Below, one piece after another: positions 37,518 through 49,447 of a stretch of 64,000 bases of DNA (positions are counted from its first letter, which is position 1; every line of letters begins with the position of its first letter). The notes beneath the pieces were generated by a model. It was not told the DNA's origin, searched no databases, and saw nothing but the letters and a program-made list of their open reading frames with translations. The DNA lies in contig NC_091980.1 of assembly GCF_044704955.1 (NCBI RefSeq), positions 133,176,001 to 133,240,000 of the forward strand, in the 5' to 3' direction. This stretch comes from Pristiophorus japonicus. Lineage: Eukaryota. Made by a program: the position numbers and the translations under genes.

Positions 37518-39436
37518 ATGGCGACCCAGATGGGACATCAGTGGGAAAATGAGCTGACCACCTCAGAGAAGGTGATCCTGGAACATTCCAAATTTGGAGA
37601 CAGAATTAAAGATTCTGTGTTTTCTAAAGTTAATTTTTCTAAGGCTTGGGTTCAGAGCCTGACAAGAGCGCCGCATCCAGCAGACGCGGCGGCCCAGTGG
37701 ACTGCGGGCCCAAGCTATAGAAAGAATATAGAGAAGGCGATCTGGCTAATCTGCTTGACAAGTCAGGTTAGAGAGCTAGACCTCCAGGAAGGGAGGTTAC
37801 AGGATGAATTCAAAGAAGCAGTGATAACCTCAGCAGTCAGCAGTGCAGCGGGTACTAAGGTCACAGAAGAGTTAATAGAGGAAAGGAATAGAAGGGCACA
37901 GTTAGAGGAAATGTTCCGCAATCATCAGGAGTACCTGCAGAGTCAGGTTACAATGTCTCGGGCTGTGAAGCAGAAACATAGGGACGAAGTATAACCTATG
38001 CAAAGCAAGTATTGGAATTGCAGGGCCAGCTAGAGGATTTGCGTGTTGCCTATAAAGTCAATACGGAAATCAGCCGTGAGAAGGCAGATCATGCGCCCTG
38101 CCAGAAACGGATCCAATCCCTCCTCCAGGCTTGGTCCCAGATAAAGGGTGTGTGTCTGCTGGGGCCCAGGGGGGCTACCAATAAATGGGGAGTGGAGGAG
38201 GATCCGACGGCAGAAGCCAGTCGACTGCCTCCCAAGGCGCCGGTGGTGTGTCCGGCAAGCTTCAGGGAGGAACAGAGAGTGCAGTCCAAGAAGCCCACAG
38301 GGCATGGGACCGGCCAGGGAGAGTCAGTCCAGCCAAAAGGGCATGGGGCCGGCCAGATGGAGCCGACCCAGCCAAAGGTGTATGGGACACCCGTAGAAAG
38401 GGTCGAGTCTGTCAGTTTGATCACGGCTGAAGAGCAAGGGGAGCCAGTAGTAACATCAGCAGCGGGACCGATGTGCCTGGCTGTGCAGAGAAAGTACGGC
38501 TCCCCACAGGGTGCGCAACTCCAGGGACCGCTCGACAGCGAGTTTATTATCCCGCATAGGGTGCAAGCCCTAAAGGCTATGGTATCGCACATCCCCAAGC
38601 TGACTAGGCAAAGAGACCCGTATGCCCATTTCCTGGAAGTAGCGCAGGCAGTAGACCTCAATGCCTGCGATAATGCAGAAGCGGTTAAAGTGCTCCTATT
38701 CTCAATAGATGGAAGAATCTATCAGGCTCTTCCCCCTGTTTGTCGAGGGGGACACTGTACCTTGGAGGCTCTGAAAAGGGCCATCCTGGAAGCTGTGGGG
38801 TGGAACGAGGGAAGCCCTTTCGAAAGCATAGCAAAGACCCGTCAGCTAACCAGAGAGGCCCCACAGATCTATGTGGACAGGCTGTGGCTGGCGTATAGCG
38901 CAGCCTGCTGGGGCCTGCTCGACAGGGCTAATCTCACGGTAGAGCAGAGGGAGGCCTGGTTTCACACCATAATCGCAAACAGCCTGCCCAGTGTAAAGGA
39001 AAGGGCAGACCTCTGGTTTATCCCCGCAGACTCCAACCTCGCAGAGGACATGATAGGCAGACTGACCGCCACACGGCAGATGGAGGAGGAGGAGAAGCCT
39101 GAAAAACCCATAAAGGGTCGGGTGCACACGATGCAACCCAACCAAACCCCCAAGAAAGAGTGGCATCAGGAAGGGGGATATCCTTCCGATAAGAGGGAGG
39201 TTTGTTACGGGTGCGGCAAGCCGGGCCATTTCCGCAACAACTGCCGGACCAACCCGTACCGCACCAAGGAAGTAAAAACACTGCCGGAGGGGAACCCAGG
39301 CGGTGAGAAACCCAGGGCCACTGCAGCATTCGAGACTGTGGTGGAAACCCTCAGGCAGCTGCTGGCAGGTTCCAGCCAGGTGAACGTAGCTGTAGGCAGG
39401 GAGATCCCAACAGCTCCCCTACAGCAGAAGTTGTGA
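37518..39436 (+). pseudogene. gag: gag (one frameshift near 37990)
   Basis: ORFs 37518-37994 and 38012-39436; E/Q/L-rich helical N-terminal part; CCHC knuckle CYGCGKPGHFRNNC. Confidence 0.85.
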
Positions 39437-41753
39437 CTAGGCCCCACCAAGTCCGCCTACCTGTGTCCGCTGGACTACGACTCGTTGGGAAGACCGTGGG
39501 TAAAAATGGAGGTGGAGGGGAGCCAGGGTGATTATTTGTTGGACACGGGGGCTTCAAGCACCCTTGTCCACACAGAGGACCCGGCCTCCTCATCCCTGTC
39601 TAACGGTGTACCCTACGAGCTGGTCAGCTTCACAGGAGACGAGAGGGCTGGGTACTTCTCAATCCCATTGACCCTCAAGTTGGGAGCACTTACAACCAAA
39701 TGGAAGTGCGTCCTAATGCGATGGGAGCAGGCTAACAAGGGGATACTAGGGGCAGATTTCGTAAAAGCCCACTAGATTCTGGTGGATTTACGAAATCACT
39801 GTTTATGGGGAACAGTAGATCCAGGAGAGAATAACGAAGTCATGATTATTGAGAAAGTGCAGGACAAAGGGACCCTATGTACTGTGAAGCTGAAAGGGGG
39901 TTACAATTTGGAGCTTCTGGTCAGGAACACCCCGGCCGAGTACAGGGCCTATGTGCGAGCCAGTCTCGCAGCATTTGCCACCCACAAACACGATTGTGGG
40001 AGAGTCACCGGTGTCGAAGTCCGGGTAGATGGGGATCCCATGTCCCATCCTCGGAGGCAGTATAACTTCGAGAGAGGCAGAAGCCGACTTGGAGGTAGCA
40101 CTGAGCTCGCTGGTGGAGCAGGGTGTGTTGAGACCCATAGCCACACACGTGAACTCTCCCCTGTGGCCGGTCAGAAAACCGGACAACTCAGAGAGCCACT
40201 GTGGACTATCGGGTGCTCAATAAAAGCATCCCGGCTTATGCTCCCACAGTAGCCGCAGTGGCGGACCTGATCAGGGAAATCCCTGTGACTGCCACTACCT
40301 TTTCAGTGCTGGATATCTCCAACAGCTTCTGGTCCATCAGGCGGGTAGAGGGACCATGGCAGTCGATCCAAATCGACTATATAGGGCCCCTACCAACTGC
40401 CCAGGGAGGTTATAAATATTGCCTCGTCCTGGTGGATGTGTTTTCCAAGTCTTCCCTTAACGAACAGCTACTGCATGGGGGACGGCTAAGATCCTGGTCC
40501 GGGACGTGTTCTCAAGATGGGGTCTGCCACAGTTTGTGGAGTCTGACTGGAGAAGTCACTTCACCGGCCGGGTGATGTAGGCTACCTTAAAGGTACTGGG
40601 GATTAAAGCACGGTGGCATGTGGCTTACAAACCTCAGTCCTCAGGCCCTGTAGAACGCCTCAACCGCACTATAAAAGAAAGGCTCCGCAAGGAGACAGGG
40701 AATTTCCACAATCGATGGGTAGAGGTCCTGCCCCTAGTCCTCATGGTATCCGGGCCGGTCAGTCCAAAAGCACAGTATTCGTCCCACGAAATAATGACCG
40801 GGCGGCCCATGAGAACCCCAGTACACCTACTGGTGCCGAGCCTCACAGAAGGGCAACTTCGGGAAGCTAACCGGGACCATTTTGCTAGGAATCTGCTGGA
40901 ACAGCTGCAGCAGATTCACTGGCAGGCAGCCACCAACATGGGAAGACAGCACATTAGCAACAAGCTGCTGCTGGAGCCCCGCAGCCACCACAATTGGGAA
41001 GTAGGCGACCAGGTTATGGTCCGCAACTTTGCCAGGGTGGGGGTGTTTGAGCCACTGTACATGGGGCCCTACAGTATAGTGGACAAGGCAAACCCTATGG
41101 TTTATGCAGTCCAATTACCCCGCCAGGCAAAGTGGTTCCACATAAACTAATGCAAGCGGTTCAACCCTACTAGGGCAGGAAAAGGGAAGGCTTCCACAGG
41201 TAAAGAAACCCCACGGGAGACAGAGGACATTTCAGTGGATGTGGAAGCTGTAACAGAGGTCAACCTCGGCCCCGAAGCCCCACAACCCGGAATAGACCAC
41301 TGCCACAGTAAGACCATCACACAGCAGAGTGAAGTGGCACAGCCTGATAGGCAGGAAAGGGACTTAGCACAGGAGAAGGGAGTCCTGTGCAGTATAACAG
41401 AGAAAGGGATAGACCAGTGTGAGGACCAAGGGGTGCAGCCCGTAACATGGGACTCCGCGCCCCTGGTTAGGCATAGTTCCAGAGTGAGACAGCCTAGGAT
41501 GCCTTGCTCCCCAGAATACCTTCCCACCCGTCCCAGAGTCAGACGAGAAAAGAAGCACAAGAGTGGCAGACTCTGTGGTAAAAGGGACACCACCAAAAGG
41601 CCCGGAAAGATCCCAGACACCGAAGGGCCCACAGAAATTGAAGCAGGACACTTAAAAGAAGTCCTCCTGCAAGCTCTACAAAAGGGGGCAGTCCGGCTCC
41701 TGGGGCAAGGTCAGCAAGATGGCCAACCAAGCCAAGTCAGTATCAGAGACTGA
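39437..41753 (+). pseudogene. pol: pro-pol remnant: protease, RT N-terminus fused by deletion to the integrase core, long C-terminal tail
   Basis: LLDTGAS and ILGADF (PR); NSPLWPVRK, DYRVLN, LDISNSFWSI (RT); IQIDYIGP, PQSSGPVERLNRTIK, GPY (IN); several stops and frameshifts. Confidence 0.9.
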
Positions 41754-41917
41754 CAAGGCCACCCGGAGACGGGTGGCATTGTATATAGCCCGGTGTTCTG
41801 AATATAGTTTAGGGAGATTTTAAAGTGAGGTGATGGTGGTTTTTATTTTGTGATGTTACTCCGGTCTAGCCTGAAGAAGCCTCAGGCAAGACAGTGTTCA
41901 ATCTGGTGTTCCAGAAG

Positions 41918-44155
41918 ATGCTCCAGACCACCGCGATGTTATTTTCCTACCTGGGGACCTGCACCGGACAGAAACTCGACATCGAGATGGCTTTGTCATA
42001 TGGGTGATCCAGGGACAGGGCGCCAATCGTGACCACGGGAGAAGGGATCATGGAGGCAGAAGGCCAGGCCACCTACTTCCACAAGGGGAGATGACCTGGG
42101 TGGTTGGGTTCGAATTCCACCCGGTATTCGAGCCACGAGAGCTTTACCTATGGGGCCTCCATCCCTTGACCCGAAAATCGAGATGGCCACCTCCCGGGTT
42201 AGGATGACAGAGGGAAGGAGAGTGTGTTTAACGTGTGTTGGGGACATACCTTTGGGACACTGTCCGCGCTCAGTTTCCTGAGCCACTACCATCGAGGACA
42301 GCAGCTCAGACTGGGAACGTTTGAGCAATGACACCTACCGGACGATCACGGGGTCACCATGTGTTGGGAGAAATGGTGGGCCTATGATCAGGGGATCTAT
42401 TCCTGCTTATGGGGCTCAGCCCGAATATGCCCAGCTGGGCTGTCCATTGCTTTTGCCCGATGGTGGAAGGACTCGTGGAAGGGGATGGAATGGGATCGCA
42501 GCAGGGAAGATTGTGTGCTTACTCGCTTCCGGGTATCGGTCAACGCCACCGAGCTGCTGGCTCAGGTGAAGAAACCCCTGCCCACGCCCAAGCCTATTGA
42601 CAGTTATGGATGTCTGTCCACCACTCAGGGACCTGGGAATGGGTTAGTGTTAGTACCGACAGATAAGTTAGTATACCAGGGAGTACATTATACTGTTGCT
42701 TCAGTAATTCTAAACCTGACAGAAGTTCACCTACCTGCCTTCTGCCCCAGAGACACCGAGTTGTTGTATCAAGCTCTACTGAAGGAAATGTTCTGGAACT
42801 TTTGCGAGTTGGACTTTGGGGACATCAATGTAGCAGACTTGTATAGGCAGGAAGACACAACCGAACGAGGCAGGCAACGCAGGGGTGTCATGAACGACGT
42901 TTTTACGGGGATCAACACTGGGGCCTCTGTCATGAACAGCCTGGACGAGGTGCAGCTGGCCCTACAGATTAACAGGTTAAAATCACAGCTGCGCAGCATC
43001 CTTGGCAAGGAGAACCACGTATTGGGTTCCTCACTGCATGAGGGGGTAGCTATGACGGTACACCTTAAAGAAATCATTACTCAGACAGAGAAACATGCCC
43101 GAACCATAAATGTCCTGATCAGGGAGGACCGGCTGGCCTCCGATCAAGCTGCGCAGAATGAGGTGTGTGTAATCTACGGGGCCTGGTTGCTGGGAGGGGG
43201 ACGGAGTAACTTGGGGGACCTTAGGCAAGGTCGGGTCCCCTTGTGGATCAGTAACAGGCACCTGGAGGAACTACACCCCTATAACAGCACCCTCAGCTCC
43301 TGTCAACTCCGGGTAGCGTCCGAGGCCTACCCTGTCCCAGTTGACTGCGGGAAATCTAACCACACCATCATGGGCATAGTCGTACGGATGCCAGTCATGG
43401 GGCCATCCACCAAACCAGCACCCCTGTACCATGTCGAAAACATAGGAGTCATTCGAGAGGGGGTGCACGTCCGTTTCGCAATGGTCCCATCCTATGTCAT
43501 TATGTGGGGAACGCGCCATGACAGGGACAGACTTAGCTGGTTGCCGTAGCCGGAGCACAGGAAGCCACAGTGCGGGTTTAGCACTGCTGGGGCAGAACCT
43601 ATAAATTGCACGATGGAGGTGATGGCACCTGGCCATGTACCTCCACAGATAGCATATGTAGGTGGTGGGACGTATTGTGTCACCACAACTGCCCACCGGT
43701 ATAGACACGGCCCGAGTGAGTGGTGTGATATTCCGGACAGCAGTTTTTGCTTTAAATGCAGGGCGGAAGTTCAAGTGGCCCAGGAAAGGATCATTCCAAT
43801 CCCAGAACCCTCCACAGTTCACCTCACGGTACAATACAACGCAAGTGACCTGCAGAAGCAGAAGTACGCTGTCTGTTTTGGTTATCCTATACCATTACTC
43901 CCTGAAAAGCTCACTGCCTTGTTGAAGGCAGTGGAACTCAGCCAAAAGCATTATTACACCCTGGAACAAAGGACAAAGATTATAGCCCTCGAGATTGTAA
44001 ACATACAGGTACCAGCATGGTGGGACTGGGGTACCAGAGTAGACAGCCCTGTTTAGCTCCGTATGGCCTCCCACGCACTGGTTATTGCACAGTTAATTAT
44101 TGTCCTGTACCTTCTAGCAGTGCTTGTAAATCTAGGCAGGCTCAAAGGGCCGTAA
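41918..44155 (+). pseudogene. env: env: class I fusion glycoprotein, disrupted (5' end uncertain)
   Basis: Furin site RQRR (42872-42883), fusion-peptide-like GVMNDVFTGINTGASV, heptad repeat, Cys-rich region, N-glycan sequons, AWWDW, TM helix ALVIAQLIIVLYLLAVLV beyond a TAG at 44054. Confidence 0.8.
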
Positions 44156-44619
44156 TGTTCCAGAGACAGAAGCAAGACAGCCTTGTCTGATCATTAAGAA
44201 CGCTCTTTGTGTCCAGGTGTTCTTCCCTTTTTCAGAAACAAAGAAGGACACTCTGGCTGCCGTAACATCCCGAAAAAAAAAAAATTGCACGCGGAGACGG
44301 ACCAACCCTGTCACGAGGCACATCATGGACTCGTATACCATAGATATTCTCTGTGTAGTAACTGTGTGTTGGTGTGTTTTGAAACATGGCGCAAGAACCA
44401 CGTGAGTGTAATTTTGGGTTTGAAAGCTCTATGTAACTGAGACAAAGAGGTATGTGTTTTGTAATTTACCTGCAAGAAAGTGGGGTTAATGTACATAGTA
44501 AGAATGTTGTTGGTGCACCTGGGAGTAAACGGGCCTATAGGTCGACAATAATTATTGGGGAAGGCTGACACTTGGATTTTCACAGTCCTTTTATGTCTGG
44601 ATGTGTCAAGATGGGGGAG

Positions 44620-45929
44620 TGTAAGGGTCGAAAATCCAGTGCAACACTATTTTAAAAAAAAGGCACCCAGTAACAAGGAAACAGAGCATGGGATCATCCT
44701 CTAATCGGACTTTGGCCAAGACAAGCCACAGGAAGGCAGGCAGGCTGGGAAGGAAGGATGTCTGTGGCCAGACACTGTGAATTCGAGGGTCACAGGCAGG
44801 CTGAGAAGCCAGCCAATCCCGGGAAAGTTCACTGATTGCATTCTGGGCTGGCCATCGAGCCAGGCCAGAAGCAGGGAAATCGTCAACCAATGGGGAATAC
44901 CAGGACCATTTTGTAAAGAACAGCTTACCTGGATCTAATCAAGGAGATAGGCCTATTACCAGCCCATTACCCATGTACATAAAGACACTGGAAAGCCTCA
45001 CACCTCAGTACATCCCAACCCTGACAATAGCCAGCCAAACAATTAGGCACCTAGATGCACAAGAAACAATGCTTTACTTTTAACACCTCATCCCCACCTC
45101 GACACAATGAGACATTGATTCAGTTTGGGCGCAAAAGGGGCTGGAACCGAACCGAATATAAAGGCAAGAGCAAGGACACACAGGCGGAGAAGAAGACGCA
45201 CACAAGAAGGACACACACTCAGAAGGAGACATACTCAAGACAGAGACAAACAGAACCTCAAAGGAAGAGGGGGACTCAGCCTCGCAGCAGATAAAACCTC
45301 TGAGGACGACTGGAGAAGCCCGATTTAAGGTGGGACCCACTATACCTGTCAAAAAGGGAACAGAGTATCACCCTGGTGTCTTTTCCCAACTGTCAGCTTA
45401 GGCTAGTTAGGTGTAAAGGAGGGGGTAGGTGATAGAGTGGGTGTAAGGATTTTAAACTGGTGTAAAACTTCCACTGTGTCCATTCCTCCCATAGACCTTT
45501 TCTTAGTTCAAGGTGGTTCAACAAGCCAGTGCGTTGACCTTGTATTTCACTTGGTCCACACTTTGGGGGCTCGTACCAAATATACATGTGTGTATTAGCC
45601 TGTGTTGTTTTAGCAATGTAACCTTGTTTAAATGCCAAAAAAAGGACTGACCTGAATTTTCTAGGAACATGTCTTGTCTTTTGCATCCGAGTGTTTTATT
45701 GTGGGAAGCTCACTATCCACCTAAATTCTGAGGTCAGAACCAGATAGGGGTACAGGATGCCTCAAAAACATCAAGGTTGCGATTGGATATAAGCGGCTGC
45801 AGACAGATTGGTGGTATCAAACATATCACAAAGCTGTAATTGGGTATAAGCAGGAAGAAAAAGGTCCACTGGTGATAGCAACTCAAATCACCATAGTCTG
45901 AAGGTTGCACCCGGTCACCAGCAACCGCA
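44620..45929 (+). repeat. 3' LTR of the provirus
   Basis: Starts TGTAAGGGTCG immediately after the PPT; homology with the 5' LTR ends at ...AACCGCAGAA. Confidence 0.88.
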
Positions 45930-48016
45930 GAAAGAAAGACAAAGAAGGGATAACCATCCATGGTTAACTGAAGGAAATAAGGGATAACAAATTGAAAACC
46001 AGGGCATACAATGTGGCCAAAACTAGTGAGAGGCCAGAGGATTGGGAAATTTTTAAACGCCAGCAAACAAAATTAAAAAAATTTAAAAAAAGAGAGAGAA
46101 GATAGATGAAAGTAAACTAGCATAAAAATTAGTAAGAGTTTCTACAGGTACATCAAAAAGGAAAAGTGAGATGAAAGTAAATGTTGGTACACTGGAGGAT
46201 GAGACTGGGGAGTGAATAATGGAGAACAGGGAAATGGCAGAGATGTTGAACAAATATTTTGTATCAGTCTTCACAGTAGAAGACATTAAAAACATCCCAA
46301 TAGTGGATAATCAAGGGGCTGTAGGGAGGGAGCAATTTATTACAATCACTAATGAAGTAGTACTCAGTAAAACAATGGGACTAAAGGTGGTCAAGTCCCC
46401 TGGGCCAGATAACTTACATCCTAGGATCTTAAAGCAGTGGCTGCAGAGAAAGTAGATGCATTGGTTATAATCTACAAAAATTCCCTGGATTGTGGGACGG
46501 GACCAGGGGATTTGGAAAACTGCAAATATAACACCCCTATTTTAAAAAAGGAGGCAGATAAAAAGCAGGAAACTATAGACCAGTTAGCCAAACATTTGTT
46601 GGGAAAATGCAGGAGTCCATTATTAAGGAAGCAGTAGCAGGACATTTGGAAAAGCATATCAATCAAGCAGAGTCAGCATAGTTTTATGAAAGGCAAATCA
46701 CATTTGACAAATTTGCTGGAGTTCTTTGAGGATGTAACGAGGTGGATGGATAAGGGTGAACCAATGGATCTAGTGTATTTTGATTTCCAGAAGGCATTTG
46801 AAAAGGTGCCACATAAGATGTTACTGCACAAGATAAAAGCTCGGGGTTGGGGGCAATATATTAGCATGGATAGAAGATTGGCTAACTAACAGAAAACAGA
46901 GTCAGGAAAAATGGGTCATTTTCCAGTTGCCAAACAGTGACTAGTGGGGTGCCACAGGGATCAGTGCTGGGTCCTTAACTATTTACAATCTATATTAATC
47001 ATTTGGATGAAGGGACGGAGTGTAATGTAGCCACATTTGCTGATTTAAGATGGGTGGGAAAGCAAATTGTGAGGGGGACACAAAAAAATCTGCCAAGGTC
47101 TATAGACAGGCTAAGTGAGTGGGCAAAAATTTGGAATATAATGTGGGAAAATGTAAGGTTATCTACTTTGGCAGAAATAGAAAAGCAAATTATAATTTAA
47201 ATGGAGAAAAATTATAAAAAGTGTTGCAGTACAGAGGACAGGATCTGGGGGTCCTAGTGCATGAAACACACAAGGTTATTATGCAGGTACAGCACGTAAT
47301 CAGGAAGGCAAATGGAATGTTGGCCTTTATTGAAAGGGGGAAGAGAGTATAAAAGCAAAGAAGTCCTGCTACAATTGTACAGGGTGTTGGTGAGGGGAGG
47401 TCACACGTGGTGTACTGTGTGCAGTTGTGGTCTCTATTTAAAAAAATAAGATACTTATTTTGGAGGCTGAAGAGAAGGTTCACTAGGTTGATTCTGGAGA
47501 TGCCCAACCTATCTTCATTGGAGTTCAGAAGAATGAGAGATGATCTTATTGAAACATAAGATAATGAGGGGCCTTGACAAGGTAGATGCAGAGAGAATAT
47601 TGCCACTCAGGGGGAACTAAAACTCGGACAGTGTTAGATTTACAACCGAGTCGAAATTCCTCCTCATCTCAGTTCTAAATAGGTGGCGCCTTATTCTCTG
47701 CCCAAGAGCTGTGGAGGCTGGGTCATTAAATATATTTAAGGCAGAAATACAGATTTTTGAATAATGAGTGTAAAGGAGTATGAGGAGTGGGCAGGGAAGT
47801 GGAGTTGAGTCCATAATCAGATCAGCAGACTCAAGGAGCCAAATGGCCTACTCCTGCTCCAATTTCTTATATACTGATGTTCTTAAATTTCAGTATCCCA
47901 CAACTGTTGCACAGCTCAGTGCAATTCTCGATCAATGTAAATCAAGTTATGTTAATAGAAAATAAGCAACCACTCCAAACTCACAAGGAGACAAATCCCA
48001 GTCCAATATTGAACAG

Positions 48017-48022
48017 TTTATT
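48017..48022 (-). promoter_or_regulatory. Polyadenylation signal AATAAA of ferritin copy 3
   Basis: AATAAA ~143 nt downstream of the stop codon. Confidence 0.6.
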
Positions 48023-48164
48023 TACAGTTATATTACATGTCACATCAAGAGCCTGGGTCTCAGCTCTTTCTACAAAGTCACAAGCCATCATTGCCTGCAG
48101 GACAGGGATCCTAATTATATAAATACAAGTACTAAACACAAGAAGCTTGATCCCATCAGTCAGT

Positions 48165-48338
<174 letters not shown>

Positions 48339-48655
48339 TTATGTCCAGCAGCAGATTTCAAGGAATGTCAACTTATCCTTCAGAGTTTGGATTTTAATCT
48401 TCTTGAACTGGAGGATAATCAAGTGGTGCAATTGAGATTGATGGAATTACTGCATCATTAGATTAAACTTACTGCACAACAGGTGCTCAAGTCCTGGGAA
48501 TCAGACGCATGTACTCATCACTGTCCACAGTAGGCCAACTTCCCCCATCCCTTCCCACTGCTCCCCAAAATAAAAACAGAGAAAGACAAACAAAGCTATT
48601 GGGCATGTAGATCATTATAATTAGGCTCAAGGACAAGAAGGTTCCACAATCTTAC

Positions 48656-48781
48656 ATGAGGGTCTGCCCTCTCAGTGGAGAGTTTGTGCAGATCCAGCAG
48701 ACTCTGGTTCACATTCTTCTCCATCTGCAGAGCTCTCTGCATCGCCTCCAGATCATTGCTCCAGTCATCCTGCTCTGGTTT
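48656..48781 (-). CDS. fth1: Ferritin copy 3, exon 3
   Basis: 126 nt, AG/GT-bounded: [42 protein letters not shown]. Confidence 0.92.
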
Positions 48782-49159
48782 CTGGAAAAGAAATTCTAAG
48801 TTCATTTACAATGGATTAACTAAATATTTGAAGCAAATTATGGGTGCAATCAAAAGTCTACTTTACATGAACCTATGTTAATGGCAATTTTATGTTTATC
48901 GCAACCATTGCGGTCATATTGATGAAGCACAAAGCAGAGATATAGTTAAGGGGAGGCTAGGCAAGTGCATGGGGAGAAAGGAATAGAACGATATGTTGAG
49001 GGTGAGGTGAAGCAAGGTGGGGAGGAGGCTCGTGTGGAGTATAAACACCAGTTTGTTGAATGGTTTGTCATGTAAATTGGAAATAATTGCTTTAGCACAT
49101 ATGGGAACAATCAATCTAAGGGGACCGAGACAGAAGGCCACTCCTTTATTGAATCCAAC

Positions 49160-49306
49160 CTTTATGTCCGCCAAGATGATCCGCCCTCCACGGAGATTCT
49201 GGAATTTCATCAGTCTCGCAGCATGCTCACGTTCCTCATGTGACTGCTCCTTAAAGAAGGCTGCAAAGTGACGCAGGGAAACATCATCCCGGTCAAAGTA
49301 GAAGGA
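49160..49306 (-). CDS. fth1: Ferritin copy 3, exon 2
   Basis: 147 nt, AG/GT-bounded: [49 protein letters not shown]. Confidence 0.92.
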
Positions 49307-49447
49307 CTATGGAGAGATCAGAAGAGTATTTGGGTATTATATCACAGCCCCATCATAATGTGTAAAGTACATAAATTCAACATCAAAATTTCACTTTCGT
49401 TCAAGGGTTCAAAGTCTCACCTGAAATGGTATGTACATCATGGAAAC

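Larger units (their letters stand above)
36109..45929 (+). mobile_element. Endogenous retrovirus-like provirus (lokiretrovirus-like), defective
   Basis: Direct repeats 36109-37495 and 44620-45929 (TG...CA); PPT AAGATGGGGGAG; gag-pro-pol-env order; probable 4-bp TSD GAAG/GAAA inside CR1. Confidence 0.9.
34745..47881 (+). mobile_element. Degenerate CR1 LINE (esterase, endonuclease, RT) split by the provirus
   Basis: VVVHIGTNDIG, endonuclease region 35280-35900, RT fragments 46219-47600, CR1 tail. Confidence 0.88.

Noticed and set aside
42359-43549. Domesticated syncytin-like env gene
   Set aside because: The 396-aa ORF lacks an in-frame signal peptide and TM; env has frameshifts and stops on both sides, consistent with neutral decay.
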